A DNA stretch of 64,000 nt from Candidatus Zixiibacteriota bacterium. GTDB taxonomy: Bacteria > Zixibacteria > MSB-5A5 > GN15 > JAAZOE01. Location: assembly GCA_043819555.1 (NCBI GenBank), contig JBDREQ010000073.1, positions 224,001 through 288,000 of the forward strand, written 5' to 3'. Under the pieces are notes generated by a model. It was not told the origin of the DNA. It saw only the letters and a program-made list of their open reading frames with translations, and made no database searches. Shown piece by piece: positions 50,486-59,929 of this stretch. Position numbers and translations under genes: made by a program. Every line of letters starts with the position of its first letter. The stretch's first letter is position 1.

Positions 50486-52618
50486 ATGATTAAAAATGAA
50501 ATGAAATATTCCGGAGTCAATAAACCATTTTTTGCGCGTCCCGTTTTTTGGATTACAATTTTTATACTGCTGTTATGCCTTTGGGGGGGTCGAAGAACAT
50601 ACAGCATATACGAGAATGAACTGCCCTCTATTGAAGAAGTGTATAATATCGAACCGCCGCTTAAGACAAAAATCTATGCCGCCGACGGCATGGTCCTTCA
50701 GGAATTCTATAACCAAAACAGAGTTTTGACGCCGTATGCTGAAATGCCTCCCCATTTAATTCAAATGCTTATCTCGGTTGAGGATCAACAGTTTTACGAT
50801 CATTGGGGGATAAATCTGCGCAGGATTTTTGTGGTCGCCGCCAACAATCTTTTAAAAATGAGAATCGAAGCCGGTGCATCGACTATTACCCAGCAACTGG
50901 CTCGAATGTTATTTTTAAATAGAAAACAAACCTTCGAAAGAAAATTCAAGGAAGCCTTAACCGCCATTAAGATTGAAAGAACTTATTCCAAAAATGAAAT
51001 CCTGGAGATGTATCTTAACCTTTATTATTTTCATCGGGCCTATGGAATTTCATCAGCCGCGCATGCTTTCTTTCATAAAAACGCCTCAGAGCTTTCTATA
51101 AGCGACTGCGCCATTCTATTAGGTATGCTTAAAGGACCGACCATAAACTCGCCGTTTAATAATCCCGATAAATCTCTTCAGGCCCGAAACCGCGTCCTAT
51201 ATGCATTTTATGCGAACGGCGGAATTACCGAGGAAATTTTCGATTCCCTCAGGGCTTTGCCGCTGGAATTATCTCCTCCCGAGGTTGAACCGGGCAAAGC
51301 CCCTTATTTTACCGAATATGTCCGGCAGTATATCGAGCAAACCTATGGCATCGATAAACTATACAATGGCGGTCTTCAGGTTTACACTACGCTTGATTGG
51401 GACCTCCAGCAAGTTGCCGAATCAGCAATTGTAGCACATTTGGATTCGTTGCAAAAAAAGATCGAATCCCGGCACTTAATTACCGATCCGATTTATACCG
51501 AAATCTTACCCGATTCCCTTGATCAAAACGGAGACAGTATCCGAGTTTACAAGAAAGTTCAGGGAGCCGCCATCTCAATCGATAATAAAACCGGAAATAT
51601 TTTAACCATGGTTGGCGGTAAAGATTTTTCAGAAAGCAAATTCAATCGCGCCGTTCAAGCGCCCCGGCAACCCGGTTCGGCCTTTAAGCCCTTTATTTAT
51701 ACTGCGGCTATGGACAATGGCTGGACCCCTGACTCAATCGTTTATGATAATTCAATCGTTCTTGATATACCGGGAACGGAAAATTGGCGGCCTCATAATT
51801 TTGACGATAAATATCTTGGCCGTATGACCCTTCGCACCGGTTTTAAAAAATCGAGAAATATGGTTGCCACTAAACTTCTACTGAAAATCAGACCCGAATT
51901 GGCTGTCTATTATGCCCAGCAGATGGGTATCAAAAGCAATCTCCGAGCCGTTCCTTCTCTGGCGATGGGTTCAAGCGAAGTGTTTCTCGATGAATTGACT
52001 TCGGCATATTCCGTTTTCCCCAATGGCGGGATAAAAAATGCACCCAGATTTATCTTAAAAATTATTGATCGTTACGATAATATTTTGGAAGATAATTCAT
52101 CAATAAGAAAAGAAGAGGTCCTCTCGGCAGAAACAGCCTATATTATGGTCAATATGATGCAATCGGTTATGGAACCGGGCGGGACCGGATATAATGCGCG
52201 CTGGCTGGGATTTACCCGTCCGGCCGGAGGTAAAACCGGAACCTCCAACGATTTTCGTGATAATTGGTATATTGGCTATACCCCCCAAATCACATCTGGC
52301 GTATGGGTTGGTTTTGATGAATTTATTTCCCTCGGCTATAATATGACCGGGTCGGCCAATGCTCTCCCAATCTGGACAAAAATCATGCTCGCCGCCCATC
52401 GGGATTTGCCCGTTGAGGACTTTGAAATCCCACCCGATATAATCTTCCAGAATATTTGTGAAGAAAGCGGCAAAATCGCAACCGATTTTTGCGCCCATGT
52501 TATCGAAGAAACCTATACAATTATGACTGTGCCCACCGATAGCTGCAATCTCTGTACCAGTCGTACTAAACGGCAAAACGATAACCAGTCGGATTCAACA
52601 CAATCAATCCGGTTTTAA
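50486..52618 (+). CDS. Class A penicillin-binding protein (PBP1A family)
   Basis: TM anchor; transglycosylase motifs EDQQFYDHWG, GASTITQQL, RKFKE; transpeptidase motifs SAFK, SRN, KTG. Confidence 0.95.
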   Translation: MIKNEMKYSGVNKPFFARPVFWITIFILLLCLWGGRRTYSIYENELPSIEEVYNIEPPLKTKIYAADGMVLQEFYNQNRVLTPYAEMPPHLIQMLISVEDQQFYDHWGINLRRIFVVAANNLLKMRIEAGASTITQQLARMLFLNRKQTFERKFKEALTAIKIERTYSKNEILEMYLNLYYFHRAYGISSAAHAFFHKNASELSISDCAILLGMLKGPTINSPFNNPDKSLQARNRVLYAFYANGGITEEIFDSLRALPLELSPPEVEPGKAPYFTEYVRQYIEQTYGIDKLYNGGLQVYTTLDWDLQQVAESAIVAHLDSLQKKIESRHLITDPIYTEILPDSLDQNGDSIRVYKKVQGAAISIDNKTGNILTMVGGKDFSESKFNRAVQAPRQPGSAFKPFIYTAAMDNGWTPDSIVYDNSIVLDIPGTENWRPHNFDDKYLGRMTLRTGFKKSRNMVATKLLLKIRPELAVYYAQQMGIKSNLRAVPSLAMGSSEVFLDELTSAYSVFPNGGIKNAPRFILKIIDRYDNILEDNSSIRKEEVLSAETAYIMVNMMQSVMEPGGTGYNARWLGFTRPAGGKTGTSNDFRDNWYIGYTPQITSGVWVGFDEFISLGYNMTGSANALPIWTKIMLAAHRDLPVEDFEIPPDIIFQNICEESGKIATDFCAHVIEETYTIMTVPTDSCNLCTSRTKRQNDNQSDSTQSIRF

Positions 52619-52787
52619 TCTTGCCTGATTATTTTTCTGAACTTTGGATACCCTTCTTTACATGGTTTTGGGCGGCAGACGTTCTACCTTGCTCCGAACC
52701 AACGCACTCTCTATTCAATAGTCACGCTTCATACAATATTTTTATCATCTGTTCGAATTCTTCTGATAAAGCATGGGAAATTATTCC

Positions 52788-52817
52788 TTGACAATATATG
52801 TCTTGCGTGATTAATTT
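52788..52817 (+). promoter_or_regulatory. Putative promoter for tRNA-Leu
   Basis: TTGACA-18 nt-TAATTT just upstream of the tRNA. Confidence 0.5.
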
Positions 52818-52832
52818 GGCGCTTACGAAAGT

Positions 52833-52916
52833 GCCGGAGTGGTGAAACTGGTAGACGCAGAGGACTCAAAATCCTCCGGTGGCAACACTGTGTCGGTTCG
52901 AGTCCGACCTCCGGCA
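52833..52916 (+). tRNA. tRNA-Leu(CAA)
   Basis: GCCGGAG acceptor stem, anticodon arm GAGGA-CTCAAAA-TCCTC, long variable arm, GTCGG-TTCGAGT-CCGAC; CCA not encoded. Confidence 0.96.
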
Positions 52917-52945
52917 TTTATTAAATTCCCCAGGAAAATAAACCG

Positions 52946-54295
52946 CTATTTACATTCACACGGACCACTTCCGCCGCGAAATATATGATTTATCATCCAG
53001 ACGGCATCGGAAATGTTAACACTCTCATCGCAATTGACATTACCCGCCTGAATCGGTTCCGGTGCCGGGCCGCCTCTGAAAATATGATTTATTAGAAAAA
53101 CCGCATCAGATATATTTACACGCCCATCGTTATTAGCGTCCCCGCATATATATTCTATGATTTTCGTTAAGTAAAAACTTGAACCGTTCACAAACGACGA
53201 ACTCGTGCCAACCATAGCATAGCCGCCGTCGGCCGTCGCGACGACGGATCTCCCATGATCATCCTGGGAGCCTCCAACTGTGTAAACCCAAATTATATCG
53301 CCGTCAGAATCTAATTTAATAAAACTGTGATCCCGCCGATGTGAAGTCACCCAAACCCACCCCCCAACCATTAATCCGGCGTCAAGAGTCGGTGTAATCG
53401 AATAGTTCTTTTCATTTGTAAAATACTGTGATATTGATTTCGACCAGACCGTATTTCCACTAAAATCAACCTTTAACACATGTCCGGCCGCATGGACCTG
53501 CCCCGTCAAAACTAAACCATCTTCAACCAAACACGCCCCGTTCATTTCATCGTAAAAATCGGATAGGACATAAGTCGAATCCCACAATACGGCTCCCCCT
53601 GCATTCGTTCTAAAAACTCTATAATCATAACCTGAAGTATAAACCTGATCATTGTGACCGGCTACGATAAATCCATTATCCGGCATTTGGGCAATAAATC
53701 TTCCGTCCTCATATCCATAATCACCGTAAATCTGAGCCCAGACATAACCTCCATTTTTATCCAATTTTAAAATAAACGCCTCATTATTGTATGAGATGTT
53801 TATTACGCCCGTTATCGCAAAACCAGTATCGCTGGTTTGAACCGCACAGTAAGGAAATCCATTGCCGTCCAATTGAGTCAGTGGAAAAGTCCAATCTACA
53901 ATTCCCGCCGCGTCAGTTTTAACAATCCAGACTCTGCCATCGAACGGTTCCGAAAAGTTATCGCTCTGTGCGCTGACCAAATAACCGCCATCGAAAGTCT
54001 GTATGACATGAAAACCGGCCGCATTATCGCCCTCGCCTATTAGAATCGACCATGCGACTTCGCCATCGCGATCGGTTTTTATAAGATTTATATCATGTTG
54101 CACTTCGCCTTCGGCTTTTGAAGTCCCCACCATAACAAAGCCGCTGTCAAATGTCTCCTGAATGCAGTTTACCGAATCAAAATATCCATTCCAGTAAATC
54201 CTTGTCCAGGAAGTATCGACATTCTGGGCGTACGAAATCTGAAGTGACAGAAACATTACTACAATTATCATGAATAATTTGAATGTGACTCTCAT
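52946..54295 (-). CDS. Secreted beta-propeller-like repeat protein with C-terminal dockerin-type domain
   Basis: Signal peptide; repeated T.DGG.(V/I)..G ... K.D..G...W units; CGDANNDGRVNISDAVFLINHIF...GNVNCDESVNISDAVWMINHIF. Start set at the SD-preceded ATG (54316 also possible). Confidence 0.85.
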   Translation of the reverse strand: MRVTFKLFMIIVVMFLSLQISYAQNVDTSWTRIYWNGYFDSVNCIQETFDSGFVMVGTSKAEGEVQHDINLIKTDRDGEVAWSILIGEGDNAAGFHVIQTFDGGYLVSAQSDNFSEPFDGRVWIVKTDAAGIVDWTFPLTQLDGNGFPYCAVQTSDTGFAITGVINISYNNEAFILKLDKNGGYVWAQIYGDYGYEDGRFIAQMPDNGFIVAGHNDQVYTSGYDYRVFRTNAGGAVLWDSTYVLSDFYDEMNGACLVEDGLVLTGQVHAAGHVLKVDFSGNTVWSKSISQYFTNEKNYSITPTLDAGLMVGGWVWVTSHRRDHSFIKLDSDGDIIWVYTVGGSQDDHGRSVVATADGGYAMVGTSSSFVNGSSFYLTKIIEYICGDANNDGRVNISDAVFLINHIFRGGPAPEPIQAGNVNCDESVNISDAVWMINHIFRGGSGPCECK

Positions 54296-54389
54296 AAACA
54301 AACTCCTAACCCCCATATTGCCCTCCAAGTATATGTTAGTGTTTTAAATATATGGCAAAGTAAAAATATGTCAATAAGTCAATTTTTAG

Positions 54390-56027
54390 TCAATAACCGG
54401 AACAACAGCCATCTTTCCGAGGGTCTGAACCTCCAAAATATCGAAGGGGATTATCTTCTCGCCAAATGCCTTGGTACCCGCCATAAACACCCTTTTCCGG
54501 CAAAATTCGGTGCCCTAAATCTTCAAGTCTTTGCTTAATGCGTTCGGGAATATCCCGCTCCAATCCAATCATTCCGCCGTTGCTTGATTTTATCCCCGTC
54601 GGTGTCGAACTTCCAAAATGACAGATCCGGGGTTGCTCCCCGGCCTGCTGGGGTGACATGCCAAAATCAATTATATTCATCAATATTTGTGCATGCCCCT
54701 GAGGTTGAAAATCGCCGCCCATAACTCCGAAAGAAAATACCGGCTTTCCATTTTGCGTGACAAATCCCGGCATAATTGTATTGAATGGTCTCTTATGAGG
54801 TTCATATTTATTAATATCATCGGGATCAAGCGAAAATAGCTGCCCCCTGTTTTGAAGAGCAAATCCCAGTTTATCCGGCACCATATGCGACCCAAAACCA
54901 TAATAAATACTCTGAATGAGCGAGATCATATTTCCCTCATTATCAGCGGCAGTCAGATACACAGTATCCGACATACGATCTGGGATTCCCGATAATAATT
55001 GTTCTGATGCTCTTTGCGGATTAATTAACCTGGCTCTTTCTTTTGCATATTCTATGGAAAGTAATTTCTCCAGAGGGATTTTAGCAAAATCCATATCGGC
55101 ATAATATCTGGCCCGGTCTTCATAAACCAATTTCGTGGCCTCGATCAATAGATGTAAATGTTCAGCCGAATTTGGTTTCAGAGATTCAATTTCAAAATAT
55201 TCCAGTATATTCAAAATCTGCAGCGCCGCTATCCCCTGGCAATTGGGAGGCAACTCCCAAATATCATATTCTCCATATTTCGTTGTAACCGGATCAATCC
55301 ATTCTATCTTGTGTTCATTAAAATCTTTCAATGAAAGATATCCGCCATTGGCCTCCGAAAAGCCAACTATCATCTCAGCAATTTCTCCCTGATAGAACGA
55401 CTCCAGCCCATCTCTCAATAATAATTTATAAAAATCAGCAAGTCCTTTATTCCTGAACAAATCACCAAAACCTGGCCTTTTCCCCTCGGGAGCAAATGTC
55501 TCAGTCACCGATTCATACTCGGTTGAATCGATCGCTTTCCAGTTTTGAGATATGACCTCCGAAACCGGAAATCCATCATCGGCATAGGTAATTGCCGCTT
55601 CAAATAATTTATCATAATCAAGCTTCGCGAATTTTGTTCGTAATGCCTCCCACCCGCTGACGCATCCGGGAACGCTCCATGATAATGGTCCATACAGAGG
55701 AATTTCTTTTATTCCCAATTTCTGAAAATCGGATATATTCAGATTAAAGGGTGATCGCCCGCTGGCGTTGAGTCCATAGAGTTTCTTCTCTTTTTCAATC
55801 CAGGTAATTGCGAATAAATCACCCCCCGGCCCGCAACTCATCGGTTCCACAACGCCCAATACGGCATTGGCACAAATCACGGCATCAATGGCATTTCCGC
55901 CCGATTTAAGAATATCAATCCCAGCCATGCTGGCCAAAGGCTGACTGGTACAGACAATACCATTTCGGCATACGATCGCCGACCTGTTCTGATTCCTATT
56001 TTTCAATATGTTCTTATCAATCATCAT
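54390..56027 (-). CDS. Gamma-glutamyltransferase-family Ntn hydrolase (YwrD/HpxW-like, no signal peptide)
   Basis: GGNAIDA, GGDLF, LNASGR, ELPPN.QG, nucleophile DTVYL, QNRG, GVMGG.FQPQGH, SDPRKDG. Confidence 0.9.
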   Translation of the reverse strand: MMIDKNILKNRNQNRSAIVCRNGIVCTSQPLASMAGIDILKSGGNAIDAVICANAVLGVVEPMSCGPGGDLFAITWIEKEKKLYGLNASGRSPFNLNISDFQKLGIKEIPLYGPLSWSVPGCVSGWEALRTKFAKLDYDKLFEAAITYADDGFPVSEVISQNWKAIDSTEYESVTETFAPEGKRPGFGDLFRNKGLADFYKLLLRDGLESFYQGEIAEMIVGFSEANGGYLSLKDFNEHKIEWIDPVTTKYGEYDIWELPPNCQGIAALQILNILEYFEIESLKPNSAEHLHLLIEATKLVYEDRARYYADMDFAKIPLEKLLSIEYAKERARLINPQRASEQLLSGIPDRMSDTVYLTAADNEGNMISLIQSIYYGFGSHMVPDKLGFALQNRGQLFSLDPDDINKYEPHKRPFNTIMPGFVTQNGKPVFSFGVMGGDFQPQGHAQILMNIIDFGMSPQQAGEQPRICHFGSSTPTGIKSSNGGMIGLERDIPERIKQRLEDLGHRILPEKGVYGGYQGIWREDNPLRYFGGSDPRKDGCCSGY

Positions 56028-56096
56028 TTGATTATCTTTATTTCTCCATATAAAAACATTACTATGGTAAGGCCGGCGCAGAATGAACTAATTAAA

Positions 56097-58892
56097 TCAG
56101 GACGATGGCTTCTTATCCTTTTTCTTCAATTCCCGAAGTACTTTTTCGGCGGTAATGGGTAGGTCCTTTATTTGAATACCGATGGCATCATAAATGGCAT
56201 TGGCAATGGCGCCGATAACCGGCAGCGTTGATCCTTCACCAACTTCCTTTGCCCCAAACGGCCCTTGCGGCTCGTACGATTCAACAATATTACTGTCAAT
56301 AGGCGGAACATCTTTGGCGGTTGGAATCAGATAATCATGCAGGTTGGGGTTTAATATCCGTCCCATACCATCAAATTGCATATCTTCCAGAAGAGTTTCC
56401 CCCAGCATCATAGCGATGGCTCCCTCCGCTTGTCCCTCAACTGCCATTGGATTAATTGGCGTCCCGACATCATGAGCATCGGTAAACTTGACAACTTTCA
56501 CCTGTCCTGTCTCAACATCGACCTCGACCTCACAGACGCAGGCAGTAAATGAATAGGCTGGCGATGTGCCCACAGTTGCGCCCTTAAAATTTCCGCCCAA
56601 GCCTTCCGGAGGAGAATAATGTCCCTTCCCCAATAATGGCCCGTTTGTCCCAAAGTATTTTGCCGCTACATCGTGCCATGCAATCCAATTATTCTCATTG
56701 TTTTTTTCGAAAACTTGGTTTTTCCTGATTTCGATTTTGTCAATCGGCAATTCCATCATTTCCGAAGCAGTCGTTATCATTTGCCTTTTAACATCTTCAC
56801 CGGCCATTTTGGCGGCATTGCCGCCCATAAGCGTAACTCGTGACGAATATGACCCGAATCCCAGAGGTGTTAAATCTGTATCGGCATATACAATCTTAAT
56901 CTTATCAAATGTTATTCCAAGAGCTTCGGCCGCTATCTGCGGCAAAACCGTCGATGAGCCCTGCCCAATTTCTGTCTCTCCTGTGTACAAAGTTACGGTA
57001 TATCCATCCTCGCTGACCTTGATAACGGCGTTTGAATGAGGAAACTTCGAGCGATAAATCGGATAACCGGCGCCGCTGACAAAACCGCCACAACCAATAC
57101 CGATGCCCCTGCCAAAAGGCATCTTCCCCCACTTTTCATCCCAACCACTTCGTTCACGAACGGTCTCAAGGCACGCCTTCAATTCACATGATCCGATATC
57201 AAGATCATTGATAGTCCTGGTATCGGGATCCATGGCGTTTTTCATTCTAACATCAATAGGGTCCAGATCCAGTTCAACCGCCATTCTGGTCATTAAACTT
57301 TCAAAAGCGAACCGGGGGTGCGGACAACCATGCCCTCGCATAGCCCCGCAAGCCGGTAAATTTGTATTTATTCTATAACCATCAAATTTGAAGTTGGGCA
57401 ATTTATACAGAGTCGGTACCATTGCTCCAGCATAATAAACCGCTACAACACCATAAGACGTATACGCACCGCCTTCTAAAATAGCTTTCTCTTTGACAGC
57501 TGTAATTGTACCATCCTTTTTCATACCGATTTTCAAATCGATAATCTGCTTGTGACGGCCGCGGCAATGATGAAACATTTCCGAGCGAGTATAACGCATT
57601 TTTACTGGCTGGCCACATTTTTTTGATAACAACGCCGCGCAAATTTCCAATGGATTCGTTTCAGCTTTTCCGCCAAAACCACCGCCGCAATAGGTTCCGA
57701 TAATCCTGATATCGCCATCGGGAATGTCCAAAAGCCGCGATAATTGATAACGCACATAATGGACCACCTGTGATGTTGTATAAACCGTAACCCGTCCGTC
57801 TCCATCCCATTCGGCGACGGCGCAATGCGGTTCCATCGGGCTCTGATAGGTGCGATTACCGGTATATAAATCGGACATCACCAGGTCGGCTTCTTCAAAT
57901 CCCTTCTCCACATCACCAAAATCCCAATCAACTCGAGTATTGATATTATTGGGATATTTCTCATGGACAATCGGAGCGCCCTCTTTCATGGCTTCAATCG
58001 GATCAAAAACCGGCGTTAATTCCTCATATTCAACTTCAATCAACTCCATTGCTTTCTGGCATGTCTCTTCATCGATCGCTGCGATGGCAGCTAATTCATC
58101 ACCCACATGGCGTACTTTTTCTTTAGCCAGAATATACTCATCGTAACGTGCCGGACTGACACCATACATCGTGTCGGTTACGTCGGCTCCAGTTAGAATA
58201 GCTTTGACACCATCCAGTTTGAGGGCCTTACTAACATCAATACTTTTTATTCTTGCATGAGCATATGGACTCGTCAGAATTTTACCCCAAAGCATATTAG
58301 GTAATTTGATATCGTCAGGATATTTGGCTCGTCCGGTAACTTTTTCAAATGCGTCTTTTCTGGAGAATCTTCCGCCGACTACTTCTCTGCCTTCCGGTAA
58401 TGTTACCGTCCGATTGACATTCTCTTTATATTTTTTCCAATGTTGAATAGCCTCCACGATTTTCGTGTATCCGGTACATCGGCACAGTGTTCCGCTCAAT
58501 GCCTCCCTGATTTCATCTTCAGTAGGATCAGGATTTTTATCAAGTAATGCCTTAGTTGTCAAAACCATTGCAGGAGTACAAAAACCGCATTGAATGGCTC
58601 CCTCTTCAATAAAAGCGCGTTGAACCGGATGAAGCTTATTGCCGTCCGCCAGCCCTTCAATTGTAACGATATTTTTGCCCTCTGCTTCCAGTGCAAGCAT
58701 CAAACAAGTATTAGTCGGCTTATTATCCACCAGTACCGTACATGCTCCGCAATCACCGGCGCCGCACCCTTGTTTGACTCCGGTTAATCCGATACGTTCG
58801 CGTAAAACTTCAAGAAGCGTAGTCTTGCCTGTTACCGGAACGGTGTAATTATTTCCGTTTATTTTAAGCTCGATTAAATATTTTTTGGCCAT
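56097..58892 (-). CDS. Xanthine dehydrogenase-family molybdoenzyme: 2x[2Fe-2S] subunit fused to the molybdopterin-binding subunit (4-hydroxybenzoyl-CoA reductase alpha-like motifs)
   Basis: GCGAGDCGAC..C and QCGFC...CRC; GGGFGGK, GAMRGHG, GQGS, GSYSSRVT, VEGQ.EG, GAKEVGE. Confidence 0.9.
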   Translation of the reverse strand: MAKKYLIELKINGNNYTVPVTGKTTLLEVLRERIGLTGVKQGCGAGDCGACTVLVDNKPTNTCLMLALEAEGKNIVTIEGLADGNKLHPVQRAFIEEGAIQCGFCTPAMVLTTKALLDKNPDPTEDEIREALSGTLCRCTGYTKIVEAIQHWKKYKENVNRTVTLPEGREVVGGRFSRKDAFEKVTGRAKYPDDIKLPNMLWGKILTSPYAHARIKSIDVSKALKLDGVKAILTGADVTDTMYGVSPARYDEYILAKEKVRHVGDELAAIAAIDEETCQKAMELIEVEYEELTPVFDPIEAMKEGAPIVHEKYPNNINTRVDWDFGDVEKGFEEADLVMSDLYTGNRTYQSPMEPHCAVAEWDGDGRVTVYTTSQVVHYVRYQLSRLLDIPDGDIRIIGTYCGGGFGGKAETNPLEICAALLSKKCGQPVKMRYTRSEMFHHCRGRHKQIIDLKIGMKKDGTITAVKEKAILEGGAYTSYGVVAVYYAGAMVPTLYKLPNFKFDGYRINTNLPACGAMRGHGCPHPRFAFESLMTRMAVELDLDPIDVRMKNAMDPDTRTINDLDIGSCELKACLETVRERSGWDEKWGKMPFGRGIGIGCGGFVSGAGYPIYRSKFPHSNAVIKVSEDGYTVTLYTGETEIGQGSSTVLPQIAAEALGITFDKIKIVYADTDLTPLGFGSYSSRVTLMGGNAAKMAGEDVKRQMITTASEMMELPIDKIEIRKNQVFEKNNENNWIAWHDVAAKYFGTNGPLLGKGHYSPPEGLGGNFKGATVGTSPAYSFTACVCEVEVDVETGQVKVVKFTDAHDVGTPINPMAVEGQAEGAIAMMLGETLLEDMQFDGMGRILNPNLHDYLIPTAKDVPPIDSNIVESYEPQGPFGAKEVGEGSTLPVIGAIANAIYDAIGIQIKDLPITAEKVLRELKKKDKKPSS

Positions 58893-58911
58893 TTTCTCGT
58901 CAAATCCATTT

Positions 58912-59775
58912 CTATTTTAATTCAATCAATTCGCGTGCCCGGCTTAATGCCCGGACTGTCAAAACCTTGATCAGATCCCGTCGATATTCATCACTCCCAC
59001 GCAAATCAGTAATCGGCATGGCTTCATCGCTTGCAATCTGAGCCGCAGAAGAAATAGCATTATCATTTATCCGTTTACCCGCCAATGATTCTCCCGCTTT
59101 TCTTGCGACAAGCGGTATCGGAGCCACAGACCCCATGACAATTCGTGATTCCCGGCAAACGTTACCGTCAGTTTCGATATACGCCGCGACGCTTGCCACC
59201 GCCAAAGAATTGGCCGCCCGGCGTCGAAACTTTTGATAATTCCCTGCCGCGTTCGGTGGTTTCATTGGAATAATAATCCGGGTTAATATTTCATTTTCTT
59301 TTCGGATCGTCTGCCTATTGCCAACAAAATATTTTTCAAGAGGCACCTTGCGCCGCCCATTAACCGAAGCCAATTCCACTTCAGCTCCAAGAGAAATCAA
59401 CACTGGCGGAAAATCTCCGCATGGTACGGCGCTGCAAATATTACCCGCTATCGTGGCGCGGTTGCGAATTTGAGGCGATGCAAACTTCACTACCATTCTT
59501 GATAGTTCAGGCATATGTTCATTTACCTGTGGCGATTTTTCTATCTCCGCGGCGGTGCATCCCGCTCCAATAATAATTGAATTATCTTGCCTGTAGATTT
59601 TTCGTAATTCCTCTAAATCTGAAATGGAAATGATATTTTCCGCCAGACGCAACCCCGAATCAATATCAACAACCAGATCCGTACCGCCGGCCAGGATACA
59701 GGAATTAGGCAATTCTTCAAGTAGCCTGCAGGCGTCTTCTACACTTCCCGCTCTGTAATAATCATAATTATTCAT
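58912..59775 (-). CDS. Xanthine/CO dehydrogenase-family FAD-binding (medium) subunit
   Basis: LAGGTDL, IGAG, ASPQIRNRATIAGN, DLRGS.EYR. Confidence 0.92.
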   Translation of the reverse strand: MNNYDYYRAGSVEDACRLLEELPNSCILAGGTDLVVDIDSGLRLAENIISISDLEELRKIYRQDNSIIIGAGCTAAEIEKSPQVNEHMPELSRMVVKFASPQIRNRATIAGNICSAVPCGDFPPVLISLGAEVELASVNGRRKVPLEKYFVGNRQTIRKENEILTRIIIPMKPPNAAGNYQKFRRRAANSLAVASVAAYIETDGNVCRESRIVMGSVAPIPLVARKAGESLAGKRINDNAISSAAQIASDEAMPITDLRGSDEYRRDLIKVLTVRALSRARELIELK

Positions 59776-59929
59776 AAATAGAAATCCATCGCAAGAACTT
59801 TTTATTTAAGATTTTCGTTTTCAATTTCTAAATCCTTGATGCAATATAAATGGTCCGGTATTGGATGGCAAATGATATATGTTAACCTATAAATTCGGCT
59901 ATGCGAAGAAAAAAATACGCAGGCTAAAT

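Noticed and set aside
52664..52700. REP-like element or terminator after PBP1A
   Set aside because: Imperfect stem, no U-tract, and only one copy noticed.
52729..52917. ORFs overlapping tRNA genes (also 15578-15874)
   Set aside because: They are antisense readings of tRNA-Leu and tRNA-Arg.
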